Below, in pieces: positions 46,348 to 55,863 of a stretch of DNA of 64,000 nt. The position numbers and the translations under genes are program-made. How positions within the stretch are numbered: the first letter of the stretch is position 1; the number at the start of each line of letters is the position of its first letter. Source of the stretch: Escherichia coli. GTDB lineage: Bacteria > Pseudomonadota > Gammaproteobacteria > Enterobacterales > Enterobacteriaceae. The stretch lies in NCBI RefSeq assembly GCF_001677475.2, contig NZ_CP015229.1; one strand, 5' to 3'. Under the pieces are notes generated by a model. The model was not told where the DNA came from. It saw only the letters and a program-made list of their open reading frames with translations, and made no database searches.

Positions 46348-47555
46348 GCCGCCTCACCCCTAACAAACTCAATTCGATCAAACACAGCCTTAGTGAAACG
46401 CTCGGCCTCGGTTCGTGCCTTCTTCAGCGCCTCTGCACTGCCTGGATACGATTGCGGGTTGGCACTGATTACGGTGTCGAAAGACTCGCCGCATCGCTCA
46501 AAGCCATCCAGACGAGGCAGAGAAGAGTCCAGAATGTTGCTGGCGTAAACCTCACGCGCAAGGCTGTGTGATGTCTCGTGATCGCGCTTGCCGGTCATCT
46601 TCGACATAAAACCAATGCTGGCGCTCAAACGCGGTTCTACGCCTTCCTCCTCCAGTTGCTCCAGCATTTCTGGCAGACGGGTGAGATATTTCAGTGTTGA
46701 GTGGAAGTCAACCTGGGCTGGTGGGGTAGGGGTAAGCAGCAAATCGCTGGCCGCCAGACCGTTGAGCAGGAACGGATCCAGGTGTGGACCGGTATCAATA
46801 AAGATAAAGTCATAATCATCCGCAACACGATCAATGATATTGCGTCGAAGGATTTCGTACTGATTTTGTCCGGGAAGATGCTCTTCAACCAGCTCTTTCC
46901 ATTGGCTGGCAACAAAGCCATCGTCGATAGAGGCTGGAATCACGTCTACGCCAGGAACGATGGTCGGACGAATCACCTCTTTGCGTAGCGTCTCCGCGTC
47001 CAGGTCGTTCAGCATCGCCTGCGCGGCGGTTTCCAGGATGGAACCAATACTGTGAGTATGGTCGAGGAACATTGTGCTGGATGCCTGAGGGTCAAGGTCA
47101 ATTACCAGAATGCGCAGATCGTGACGCAGTAAATCCTGATGCACACGCAGAGCGTGCGCCAACGTAACTGTGGAAACCGTTTTGGATACGCCACCCTTCA
47201 GGTTTACGACAAAAATAACGTAAGGCGATTTGTGAATGTCGCGATATTTGGGGATCTTACGGTGGGCATAGATATCAATGACGTTCTGGATGGTCAGCGC
47301 GTACTGTTCAACGTTACCGACCTGTTTCTTGTTGAACTGGTACCCATCATCTTCCATCTCTTTGATGGCCTGCTCCACAATGCGGCGGCTCAGCTTCGGC
47401 AACTTTGCCACAGCGTTACGAGTGAACGTCTGATAATACTCGGTCTGATTGAACTCTTTGCGCTGATCTTCAATATCCTGACTCATGGCCTTAAGTAATG
47501 CGCTTGCACGAAGAGCTATGGTGCCAACACCGCCGTAATCGCGTTTCATCATCAT
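46344..47555 (-). CDS. parA: ParA type Ia partition ATPase
   Basis: 403 aa, deviant Walker A KGGVSKT, N-terminal HTH extension. Confidence 0.92.
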   Translation of the reverse strand: MMMKRDYGGVGTIALRASALLKAMSQDIEDQRKEFNQTEYYQTFTRNAVAKLPKLSRRIVEQAIKEMEDDGYQFNKKQVGNVEQYALTIQNVIDIYAHRKIPKYRDIHKSPYVIFVVNLKGGVSKTVSTVTLAHALRVHQDLLRHDLRILVIDLDPQASSTMFLDHTHSIGSILETAAQAMLNDLDAETLRKEVIRPTIVPGVDVIPASIDDGFVASQWKELVEEHLPGQNQYEILRRNIIDRVADDYDFIFIDTGPHLDPFLLNGLAASDLLLTPTPPAQVDFHSTLKYLTRLPEMLEQLEEEGVEPRLSASIGFMSKMTGKRDHETSHSLAREVYASNILDSSLPRLDGFERCGESFDTVISANPQSYPGSAEALKKARTEAERFTKAVFDRIEFVRGEAA

Positions 47556-47598
47556 CTCCTTATCATTTCGTATGAGTGAATTGTACGTTTGATTCTGC

Positions 47599-47641
47599 TA
47601 CGTGCAACTTTTTTTGATTCGTGCGTCAATTATTGCACGTA
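47599..47641. promoter_or_regulatory. par promoter/operator inverted repeat
   Basis: TACGTGCAA...25 bp...TTGCACGTA just upstream of parA. Confidence 0.5.
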
Positions 47642-47664
47642 AAGAAATGGCGATGAGGCTATTA

Positions 47665-47949
47665 GATGTGTGCTGGAGGGATGATGCAGGACCAGAATGT
47701 GCGATAGAGGGAAGTCGCATTGAATTATGTGCTGTGGAGGGATCGCTGGTATCAAATATGTGTGCTGGAGGGAAAGGCAGAGAATTACATGTGCACTGGA
47801 GGGAAAAACGGATGGACAGATGTGTGCTGGAGGGAAAGTCTGGGCAAACTGCGGGGCGTCCCCCTCCAGCGCACATCAAAAACAGGAAATTGGACAAGCC
47901 TTCCCGTCAGCACACATTTTTTTAATGCAGCTTCCCTCCAGCACACACT
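47665..47949. repeat. incA: incA: nine 19-bp RepA iterons (6 in one orientation, 3 inverted)
   Basis: GATGTGTGCTGGAGGGAAA-type repeats at 47665, 47696, 47726, 47757, 47788, 47819 and inverted at 47859, 47900, 47931. Confidence 0.9.
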
Positions 47950-48809
47950 TATTCGGGAAGTTTCAGCTTTGGATTGCGAGAATGGACGATTACAAAACTT
48001 TCCCGGCCTTTCTTCTCAATTGAACAGTCGAGATAGCCGATTGTTTTAAGCTGTTCTATCGCTTTCTTAATGATACGGTTTTGCTCGCCAACAGCTGACT
48101 GCAAAGCCAAGCGCTCACGGATTCGCGCGAACGATAGGGGCAACGGGTTCTGCGGAAGGCTTTCGATGAAAGTGTAAATGGCTTGTGCAGCTTCTTTCTT
48201 CGGAAGGGCACGCAAGGCGTGGTGTTGCAACAGAACGCGATAATCAAGCTGGAACAGCTCCCACAGCTTCGAATCAGCCTCCAGCTCTATCAGATCAAGG
48301 TCAGCATCAAAACGCCCGACCTTCAGCAGACCAGTCTGATAGCCGCCTTTAGCATCTTTTCCGCGCTTAAAGGCGATACCCTTGTTACGCAAGCGACCAA
48401 GTGATTCATGAATGGTTAAACGCAGTTTCGCATCCAGACGTTTTGAGGGGAAACCACAGGCTTTAGCGAATTCCTGAAACGATAACTGGATGGTGTTTGA
48501 GGACAAGCCGTATTTGCTGAACGCGTAGATGACACCGATCCACGTTTTGAAATCAGTATCCATATCGAGTCGAGGACCAGTGATTTTAATATCATCGTAA
48601 CCCTCGGCTTTAGCTATCTCCAGCTGGGAAAACGCTTTGGTGGCATCAATCTCTTTACTTTCTCCTTTGCTCTTTGATGGCTTCGGCACGAATACCCCCA
48701 AGCGCATCAACGCTACAGGCTGCACAGTGTTGTTTGAATTAACTGTTAGTTCTTTTGCCTTACTTTCAATGTCTGCGTAAAGAATATCGGAGATAAATGA
48801 TTGATTCAT
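47949..48809 (-). CDS. repA: RepA plasmid replication initiator
   Basis: 286 aa, flanked by P1-type iterons on both sides. Confidence 0.93.
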   Translation of the reverse strand: MNQSFISDILYADIESKAKELTVNSNNTVQPVALMRLGVFVPKPSKSKGESKEIDATKAFSQLEIAKAEGYDDIKITGPRLDMDTDFKTWIGVIYAFSKYGLSSNTIQLSFQEFAKACGFPSKRLDAKLRLTIHESLGRLRNKGIAFKRGKDAKGGYQTGLLKVGRFDADLDLIELEADSKLWELFQLDYRVLLQHHALRALPKKEAAQAIYTFIESLPQNPLPLSFARIRERLALQSAVGEQNRIIKKAIEQLKTIGYLDCSIEKKGRESFVIVHSRNPKLKLPE

Positions 48810-48865
48810 ATTACTTTTTCCGAATTATGTGGATAGTTTTTATTAGTGGTGATAACTACCCAGGC

Positions 48866-48969
48866 TTTCCCGTCAGCACACATCCTATATCCCGCCAGCA
48901 CACATTAGCAACCCGTCAGCACACATTTTTATCCCTCCAGCACACATCGTTTTCCCTCCAGCACACATC
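48866..48969. repeat. incC: incC: five 19-bp RepA iterons of oriR
   Basis: ...CCC(G/T)(T/C)CAGCACACAT(C/T) at 48866, 48888, 48909, 48930, 48951. Confidence 0.9.
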
Positions 48970-49007
48970 GCGATACACTTCTAAGCCAGACGTGACGCGG
49001 CCTGCAA

Positions 49008-49086
49008 CGATCAGGGATCTATATGGATCTAATTGGGATCTGTATGGACCTAATTATTGGATCTACCCAGTGGATAATGTGGATAA
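49008..49086. promoter_or_regulatory. oriR: oriR core: five GATC-containing heptamer repeats and two DnaA boxes
   Basis: GATC at 49008, 49015, 49025, 49036, 49059; AGTGGATAA (49068) and TGTGGATAA (49078) = TTATCCAC(T/A) on the other strand. Confidence 0.85.
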
Positions 49087-49088
49087 GT

Positions 49089-49113
49089 GAAAAACCGGCC
49101 AACATAGCCGGTT
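49089..49113 (-). terminator. intrinsic terminator of the minus-strand PAAR-to-49127 operon
   Basis: Minus strand: AACCGGC-TATGTTG-GCCGGTT + TTTT. Confidence 0.65.
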
Positions 49114-49126
49114 GGAAGGAAGGGTA

Positions 49127-49519
49127 TTATTCTACGCTTTCGATAAGAAGACCATGTTCATAACATTTAAGCTCATCGCCTTCGTACAGGAATTGGTATC
49201 CAATACCACCATTTTCATGGACATTAGGGAATAACTCATAACTCACTGAAGAGCAAATCACACCAATGCAACGATCAACGCCTTCTCGTTCTTCAGTGCT
49301 GAAAAAATCCTCTTCGGTAAGAACATGAGTACATTGCTCATCAGCATAGGTCGGAAATACATGCTCGATGCAATCCGGGTGTTTTAAACCAAGCTGATCG
49401 GCAAGCTCGAAAGCATGACGGTATTGTTCAGATCCTGGCTTGCCAACAGTGATGTGCTCAATTTTGTAGATTGAAGTCGCTTTGTTGATAGTTTGCTTTA
49501 CTGTTACTTTATCAGACAT
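49127..49519 (-). CDS. hypothetical protein (upfA slot)
   Basis: 130-aa ORF with good RBS spacing. Confidence 0.55.
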   Translation of the reverse strand: MSDKVTVKQTINKATSIYKIEHITVGKPGSEQYRHAFELADQLGLKHPDCIEHVFPTYADEQCTHVLTEEDFFSTEEREGVDRCIGVICSSVSYELFPNVHENGGIGYQFLYEGDELKCYEHGLLIESVE

Positions 49520-49530
49520 AAAAATCCCTT

Positions 49531-49782
49531 TTAGTTACCGCTGATAGCGCGGTTGTAATCATTAACGTTGCGATTCTTCCTGTTAATCCCCATCAGCATC
49601 GTTTCTGTATCGAGGATATACGCTGGCAGATCATCAAAATATTCACTGCTAAACTCTGGCATTCTGCACATAAATGCACTTTTGGGGGCAGGGTGGTTAA
49701 CCTTTGTCGGCGTCGGCGTTAAATTCGCTGATCGACTCCCGGAGCAACCGCTGAGTGTCAGCAGGAATGCGCTGGCGAACAT
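49531..49782 (-). CDS. outer-membrane lipoprotein, o-spanin-like (P1 mlp slot)
   Basis: Lipobox LTLSG-C after a hydrophobic leader; start inside, and out of frame with, the upstream Rz-like gene. Confidence 0.6.
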   Translation of the reverse strand: MFASAFLLTLSGCSGSRSANLTPTPTKVNHPAPKSAFMCRMPEFSSEYFDDLPAYILDTETMLMGINRKNRNVNDYNRAISGN

Positions 49783-50119
49783 TACCCGCCGCAACCAGTT
49801 GTTTCTGAACTTCAGCTTTTCGTTCCATTTGCCTGTCAGCATATTTGGCTTGTTCTGATTCATTTTTCACTTCCTGGCTGTGAAAATGTTGCTCTGCTTT
49901 GTTCATCGTCTCAATGGTCTGGTTAAGATCCATTATTGACTTATCACGTTCCTTAACAGCCTGATCAAGACTGCCAATTTTCTCCATGGCTTGCTTTAGC
50001 TGATGACGTTCCCATGCAAACCCAGCACCAACAAGTGCGCAAATCAGAACAAGAACACCAGTAGCAGCAAGTTTCTCCTTCAAAGACAAAGCTGTTTTTA
50101 ACGTAGAAAAGAATGACAT
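49697..50119 (-). CDS. N-terminal TM + periplasmic coiled-coil protein, i-spanin (Rz)-like (P1 ppfA slot)
   Basis: ATG at 50119 after AGGAGG; TM GVLVLICALVGAGFAW; coiled coil; C-terminal RIPADTQRLLRE resembles the P2 LysB motif PLPDDVVRL. Confidence 0.6.
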   Translation of the reverse strand: MSFFSTLKTALSLKEKLAATGVLVLICALVGAGFAWERHQLKQAMEKIGSLDQAVKERDKSIMDLNQTIETMNKAEQHFHSQEVKNESEQAKYADRQMERKAEVQKQLVAAGNVRQRIPADTQRLLRESISEFNADADKG

Positions 50120-50158
50120 GTCTTCCTCCTGAAGAAAAATTATCAATGAAGTCCTTTG

Positions 50159-50946
50159 TTACTGTGCCGCTTTGTTTAATTCATCAAGAACAGAATCAGG
50201 AACCAAAGCGGCGACTGCGCTGGCTGTGCTGGTCTTATTTGCTGATGCTTCCGCAAGCGCGGTACCAATAGCATGGCCATAAGCAGTTATGGCTATGCTG
50301 GCGCTTTCCTTCGCCCGTTCATACTGCTGTTGCAATGCAACAGTGGGCGCTGTTGTTTGGTTGAAAACTCCCCCAAACTGTTCAGTTGCTACTTTCAGAG
50401 CTTCAATTTGCTTTTCTGTTAGTGCTGGTGGGGGAATGGCAGTGCCGCCGCCTGAACCAGTGCCTGACGAGCTTTCAGAGCCAGTGTTAAGGGTCTGGTT
50501 AATCTCCCCATAGCAGCGACTAAACTTGATGTATTAAGCGCGTTTACAGCGTCCTCAAGCGATTTAGTAATAGTCACATCACCAATGGCAATAGAGATTG
50601 GCAGTTCTGAAACTTCTCGCTCATTAGCACGGCAGTAAACATCCCAACCAATATCGAGTTGAAGCAGCATTGACAGATCTGCATAACCAGCCAACAGGTC
50701 CGCGTGCTTAGTTGCCAGTTCTCCAATGTTCGTTAAGCCGGTTGTGGTTGTTCTGATCGTTGAAACATAGCTGGTAATAGTGTCAGGATAGACAATTGTA
50801 TCCAAAATTAATCCGGTCAATTCTTCTGCAAGCTGTTTTGCCGTGTTAGCACTGCTTCGTGCCGATGTTATGGCACCTGGTGTTTTCATCCCACCGGCTG
50901 CGGCCAATTTTTTATATGCGGATAATTGGTAGTCTTTTTCCAGCAT
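50159..50946 (-). pseudogene. upfB-slot gene split by a -1 frame change at a G4 run
   Basis: The ORF 50419-50946 stops after junk-like residues. The -1 frame from 50508 to 50159 is open, protein-like (EINQTLNTGSESSSGTGSGGG...DELNKAAQ) and has no start codon. Confidence 0.6.
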
Positions 50947-50954
50947 GATATCTC

Positions 50955-51239
50955 CTAACTTACCTGAACCAGGCCGTCACCTGACGCTACGGTAGAGCCG
51001 CATGAAACAGGGTCACCAACGCATACGATCCCTTTACCATTGACGGTAAACCATGCCCTGGTTGATATAGCTTGCCCACCGTGCGTACTGTTTCCATCGG
51101 TATGCTGTGCATATTGCTTACCATCAACTAACACTTCGACTCCGTTGACTTTAAGTAGTGGTTCACTCTCTACAGGAGGCCTGGATGGGAATCCTCCGTG
51201 CCCCGAACAAATGCTGTCTTTTGTTGCAATACTTGCCAC
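50955..51239 (-). CDS. PAAR-like small beta-rich protein (upfC slot)
   Basis: 94 aa; CSGHGG..., THGG, VGDPVSCG motifs resembling PAAR/spike-tip proteins. Confidence 0.5.
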   Translation of the reverse strand: MASIATKDSICSGHGGFPSRPPVESEPLLKVNGVEVLVDGKQYAQHTDGNSTHGGQAISTRAWFTVNGKGIVCVGDPVSCGSTVASGDGLVQVS

Positions 51240-51319
51240 GTAATCACCAATTATTTGCTCTGGTTTTCGTTATTTTAACCTATGTTACTTGTGGTCTACA
51301 TAGCGTTCACTATTGCATA

Positions 51320-51336
51320 ATTGCTCTAATGAATAT
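51320..51336 (+). promoter_or_regulatory. C1 operator upstream of the uhr-hrdC-dmt operon
   Basis: ATTGCTCTAATGAATAT, 15/17 to consensus. Confidence 0.7.
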
Positions 51337-51407
51337 TGTTTTTTATGTAGTATTTTCGGTACCATTCAGCCATCGCCCTTCAATGGGCATTTGTTTGGAG
51401 TCGTCAG

Positions 51408-51692
51408 ATGCAGATGGAGCTAATAAGCCGCAAGGAGTTCGATAGCCGTGTAACCAGCGGTGAACTCGACAACTTGCAGGCTATCAAGGTGAAAGAAGGC
51501 TTTTGCCTCATTGGGAATCAGAGCGGAACAAATCGCGTTTTTATGCTTCGCCGTACGGATTTGAAGCCATTTGTCTGGAAGAACGAAATTGGTCCCAGCT
51601 CATACGCTCAAACGAGGGGGTGCCACAACTTGGCCTTTTTCTACAAAGACGAGCTTTCTGTGGTTGATATTCAAGGGTTACAACATGTTTAA
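51408..51692 (+). CDS. hypothetical protein (uhr slot)
   Basis: 94-aa ORF whose stop overlaps the hrdC start. Confidence 0.5.
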   Translation: MQMELISRKEFDSRVTSGELDNLQAIKVKEGFCLIGNQSGTNRVFMLRRTDLKPFVWKNEIGPSSYAQTRGCHNLAFFYKDELSVVDIQGLQHV

Positions 51693-52590
51693 GCACTGGA
51701 AAAACATTACTATTTATAAACTTTCTCGTGAGGCGGATCTGACCGACTTAGAAGATAAAAAGAAAATGATCCTTTTCACGCCATGCGGTAGTCAGGATAT
51801 GGCCAAGTTCGGTTTTGTATCGCCATTTGGTGATAATTCCGAAGTTATCGCTATGCATGGAAATGGTTTTATCCTTGTTGAAGCAAAGCGCGAAACAAAA
51901 ATTCTTCCCCCGCCGGTTATCCAGCGAGCTATTCAAGAAAAAATTGAAAAACTTGAGCAAGAACAAGCGCGTAAACTGAAGAAAACAGAGAAGGATTCCC
52001 TGAAAGACGAAGTTCTGCATTCTCTTCTGCCACGGGCTTTTTCAAAGTTTTCTGTTATCCAGGCGATCTACGATGGTTCAACTAAACGTATCTATATCAA
52101 TGCCAGCGCGCGGCAGGCAGAGGATATGCTCGCACTTATGCGTAAGTCTCTGGGTTCTCTTCCTGTTGTTCCCCTAAGTGTTGAAAATCCCATTGAATTA
52201 ACGCTGACCGACTGGGTACGTGATGGTAGTGCTCCACAGGGATTTCAAATGGGGGATGCGGCAGAACTTAAGGCAGTGCTTGAGGATGGCGGTATTGCCC
52301 GAGTGAAAAAGCAGGATTTGGGAAGCGATGAAATTTCCACACACCTGGAAGCTGGCAAGCTCGTCACTAAGTTGGCACTCGACTGGCAGAACCGCATTAA
52401 ATTTACACTGGACCATAACTTCAGCCTTACCAGCGTCAAATTTGCGGATGAATTGCTTGAGCAGAACTCTGATATTGATAGTGAAGATGTTGCGCAGCGA
52501 CTGGACGCAGATTTCTTCCTGTTGACCAGTGAAATTTCGTGCCTGGTTGATGCTCTGGTAAATGCCCTTGGCGGAGAGGCTAAGCAGTGA
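51685..52590 (+). CDS. hrdC: RdgC-homolog recombination-associated protein
   Basis: 301 aa; long identical runs to E. coli RdgC ([62 protein letters not shown]). Confidence 0.9.
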   Translation: MFKHWKNITIYKLSREADLTDLEDKKKMILFTPCGSQDMAKFGFVSPFGDNSEVIAMHGNGFILVEAKRETKILPPPVIQRAIQEKIEKLEQEQARKLKKTEKDSLKDEVLHSLLPRAFSKFSVIQAIYDGSTKRIYINASARQAEDMLALMRKSLGSLPVVPLSVENPIELTLTDWVRDGSAPQGFQMGDAAELKAVLEDGGIARVKKQDLGSDEISTHLEAGKLVTKLALDWQNRIKFTLDHNFSLTSVKFADELLEQNSDIDSEDVAQRLDADFFLLTSEISCLVDALVNALGGEAKQ

Positions 52591-55500
52591 AAGAGCTGTG
52601 CTATGGATCTGTTTGCAGTGGAATTGAAGCCGCGAGTATTGCCTGGGAACCGTTGGGTATGCGTCCGGCGTGGTTTGCTGAAATCGAGCCTTTTCCATCT
52701 GCCGTTCTTGCGCTCCGCTGGCCCCATGTCGCCAACCTTGGCGACATGACAAAACTTGCCAAAAAAGTCTTGGCTGGGGAAATCGAATCCCCTGACGTGC
52801 TCGTCGGGGGAACACCATGTTTTACCGCGGGGCATATGGTTCTTTGTAAAAATGGTTATAAACCAATAGAAGATGTTTGCCCTGGCGATTACGTAGTCAG
52901 TCATCTCGGGCGGTTACAACAAGTAAAAAGAGTTGGTTCAAAAATAGCTAATACGGGGTTACTTAATGCCGTTGGGCAGCCTTTAGGTATAAGAACAACC
53001 AATGACCATCCCTTCCTGGCTGTTCGGTGGAAAGCCCAAAACACCCGGAAAAATGGCACATATTTTAAGAGAGAGTTGTTGTCTGAACCGGAATGGCGAG
53101 CAGCATGTGATATGCCGGGATATCAATGGTGCGCTCTAACTAATTTCAATATTGCATCTCCAGATATTTGTTCTCGGTTCTTGTCTGAAGAACAGGCTAT
53201 GTATCTTGCGGGCGCTTATGTTGGCGATGGATATATTAGGAGATGGAGAGGTAAATCTAAGAAGGCGGTTGTTTTTGGCATAAATTGCCAGAAATTGAGA
53301 AAGTTTCATTGCCGCATACCAGAAAACATATTTTCCGTGGCAAGCGAAATCCGAGGGAGCATCAAAGTAACCTTGAATGATACGTGTTATGCCAATTGGC
53401 TTAATGAACATTTTGGCGAGTTAAGCCATGCTAAGCGTATCCCTGCATGGGTGATGTCGCATCCATTGCGTCATGTGTTTTTACAAGGCTATCTTGATAC
53501 TGATGGGACACCAAGTGGTAAAGCGGGATTTAGAATTAATAGTGTTAGTCCTGCGCTTGCTTGGGGCGTTGCGGGGTTGTCACAGACTTGTGGTTATGTT
53601 TCTTCGGTCAGCTTTATTGAAGTTGAGCCCAAAAAAGTGATCGAGGATCGCGTGGTAAATCAACGGAATTATTATCAGGTAACAATCTGCCCGCAGAAAT
53701 TGTCACGTAAATCAAGATTGGCTCATGGAATGCTTTTACGAACAGTCAAAGAGTTTAAATCGGTAGGCCTAGATACTGTATACAACATAGAAGTCGAAGG
53801 TGATCATTCCTATATCCTCAATGGTGCGGTGGTCCATAACTGTCAGGCATTCAGTATCGCGGGCTTACGTGGTGGGCTTGATGATGAACGCGGCGCGCTA
53901 ACTTTGAAGTATGTGGAGCTTGCAAATGCAATTGACGACAAACGGTCTGAGTCCTTCCTCAAACCGACAGTTATCGTCTGGGAAAATGTCCCAGGAGTCC
54001 TGTCATCGGCAGATAACGCCTTCGGATGTTTCCTTGCCGGATTGGCTGGAGAAGATGCGCCATTTGAACCAGGTGATCGACCTGAATCAGGAAAAAGTAA
54101 CGCGTTCTGGCGGTGGGATGGCAAAACCGGTTGCCATGCTCCAAAGTGGCCGCAGTGTGGTTGTATTTATGGACCGCAGCGAAAGGTGGCCTGGAGAATC
54201 CTTGATGCCCAATACTTCGGAGTGGCACAACGACGCCGACGCGTGTTTGTTGTCGCAAGTGCTCGAACAGACCTCGATCCCGCAACGGTACTTTTTGAGT
54301 TCGAAGGCGTGCGCCGGAATATTGCGCCGAGCCGAAAAAAGAAGGAAATCGCTTCCGCCATTATTGCAAATGGCGCTGCAATCAGTGGCGAAAGCCTAAA
54401 TCCATGCCTACACGCTGACATGCCACCCGGTATGAAATCGACGAAAGCCGTAAACGCTTTCAGGATGGCGGCATTTGGGGAATATATTGACGATGAAACC
54501 GCATCGACAGTAAAGGCAAGAGATTTTAAAGATGCCACTGACCTTGCCGTTTTTAGCAGCACAGGAGCAGGTTTTTGGTCAGAAGGGCATGGTACATTGC
54601 GGGCACGTGAGCAAGAAAGCCATGAGCATCTTGTTACATTGGCTTTTCCTGAGCGTATGAGCGGTACACAACATGCTGCAACTAAGAATACTTCACCATC
54701 TCTAATGGCTAAAAATCCAACAGCTGTTTGCTATGAAGTAAGAAACGCAGAAGTAGCTGTCCGCCGTCTTACCCCTGTCGAATGTGAAAGGCTGCAAGGT
54801 TTTCCTGATGGGCATACGTTGATCCCGACGGAAAAGCGTAAAAAAGTTAATTCAGATGAACTGGCATATCTTCGCAATCACTATCCAGATTTAAGCGAAG
54901 AAGAGGCCGCGATGCTTGCAGCTGACGGACCGCGTTACAAAGCGATCGGCAATAGTATGGCAATACCAGTAATGCGCTGGATTGGCGATCGGATTACTAA
55001 GGCCGTATGTCGGCAGAAAGAAGGAAGTGAAACAAAAGAGCGAAAAGTTAAACCAGCGGCAGAATTCGAACGGTCCATATTCAAATGGGCTGGTGGAAAA
55101 TTTGGTGTTCTGGAACAAATCTTTCGCTATTTGCCAGAAGGGAAGCGCCTGATTGAACCTTTCGTTGGTGGCGGAGCTGTCTTCATGAATGCCGGATACC
55201 AGGAAAATCTGCTAAATGATGTGAATGCTGACCTGATTAACTTTTACAAGACTCTGCAACGCGAGGCGCATTCACTTATCACTCTGGCACATCGTTTCTT
55301 CCAGGACTACAACACACAGGAAGGATACCTGGCAGTACGGAATGCGTTTAACAAACAAGTCTATGATGATTTACATCGCGCAGCGGCGTTTTTGTTCCTG
55401 AACCGACATTGTTTTAACGGATTGACGCGTTACAACCAGGCCGGTGAGTTCAATGTCGGTTACGGGAAGTATAAAACTCCGTATTTCCCATTACAGGAGA

Positions 55501-55844
55501 TGGAAGCCTTCCTCGGTGCGGAAGGGCGGTCTGAGTTTGTATGCGGTGATTTTGCAGCGGTGATTGAAGCTGCCGGAGAAGGAGATGTCATCTTTTGCGA
55601 TCCGCCGTATGAACCGCTTCCAAATACAGAGGGATTCACGAACTATTCCGGTCATGACTTTAAGTTTGAAGAGCAAAAACGCCTGGTGTCTCTGTTGACG
55701 GATGCTCATCGTCGAGGTGCAAAGGTTCTCATTACTAACAGTGGCGCGCCAAACATCAGAGAGCTTTATCATGACAGTGGCTTCAGAGTGGAACCTCTTT
55801 TTGCCAGACGTTCTGTGTCTTGTAAGGGGACACTCGAGGTGTAG
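52587..55844 (+). CDS. dmt: Dmt: C5-cytosine MTase (N-terminal, intein-interrupted) fused to Dam-type N6-adenine MTase (C-terminal)
   Basis: Motif I SVCSGIE; motif IV split GGTP|C..intein..HN|CQAFSIAG; motif VI VWENVPG; C-terminal half FKWAGGK...EPFVGGGAV...DPPY. Confidence 0.9.
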   Translation: MKELCYGSVCSGIEAASIAWEPLGMRPAWFAEIEPFPSAVLALRWPHVANLGDMTKLAKKVLAGEIESPDVLVGGTPCFTAGHMVLCKNGYKPIEDVCPGDYVVSHLGRLQQVKRVGSKIANTGLLNAVGQPLGIRTTNDHPFLAVRWKAQNTRKNGTYFKRELLSEPEWRAACDMPGYQWCALTNFNIASPDICSRFLSEEQAMYLAGAYVGDGYIRRWRGKSKKAVVFGINCQKLRKFHCRIPENIFSVASEIRGSIKVTLNDTCYANWLNEHFGELSHAKRIPAWVMSHPLRHVFLQGYLDTDGTPSGKAGFRINSVSPALAWGVAGLSQTCGYVSSVSFIEVEPKKVIEDRVVNQRNYYQVTICPQKLSRKSRLAHGMLLRTVKEFKSVGLDTVYNIEVEGDHSYILNGAVVHNCQAFSIAGLRGGLDDERGALTLKYVELANAIDDKRSESFLKPTVIVWENVPGVLSSADNAFGCFLAGLAGEDAPFEPGDRPESGKSNAFWRWDGKTGCHAPKWPQCGCIYGPQRKVAWRILDAQYFGVAQRRRRVFVVASARTDLDPATVLFEFEGVRRNIAPSRKKKEIASAIIANGAAISGESLNPCLHADMPPGMKSTKAVNAFRMAAFGEYIDDETASTVKARDFKDATDLAVFSSTGAGFWSEGHGTLRAREQESHEHLVTLAFPERMSGTQHAATKNTSPSLMAKNPTAVCYEVRNAEVAVRRLTPVECERLQGFPDGHTLIPTEKRKKVNSDELAYLRNHYPDLSEEEAAMLAADGPRYKAIGNSMAIPVMRWIGDRITKAVCRQKEGSETKERKVKPAAEFERSIFKWAGGKFGVLEQIFRYLPEGKRLIEPFVGGGAVFMNAGYQENLLNDVNADLINFYKTLQREAHSLITLAHRFFQDYNTQEGYLAVRNAFNKQVYDDLHRAAAFLFLNRHCFNGLTRYNQAGEFNVGYGKYKTPYFPLQEMEAFLGAEGRSEFVCGDFAAVIEAAGEGDVIFCDPPYEPLPNTEGFTNYSGHDFKFEEQKRLVSLLTDAHRRGAKVLITNSGAPNIRELYHDSGFRVEPLFARRSVSCKGTLEV
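52818..53840 (+). mobile_element. 341-aa class-1 intein with LAGLIDADG homing-endonuclease domain
   Basis: Starts CFTAGHMV (block A), TTNDHPF (block B), [11 protein letters not shown] and [10 protein letters not shown] (LAGLIDADG x2), ends [21 protein letters not shown] followed by +1 Cys. Confidence 0.88.
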
Positions 55845-55863
55845 CTCATGACGTTTTGGGTAT

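Noticed and set aside
47602-49090. Regularly spaced ~19-bp repeats that could be mistaken for a CRISPR array, plus ORFs 47602-48049 (+) and 48797-49090 (+) running through them
   Set aside because: - The repeats match the P1 RepA iteron (GATGTGTGCTGGAGGGAAA).
- They occur in both orientations, have irregular short spacers, and flank repA together with GATC repeats and DnaA boxes.
- They are incA/incC/oriR.
- The ORFs are just translations of the iterons (repeated ...CAGGK.../...LQHT... peptides).
52198-52904. Minus-strand ORFs of 206 and 219 aa over the hrdC/dmt junction
   Set aside because: They lie antisense to the RdgC homolog and to dmt motif I, both strongly supported on the + strand.
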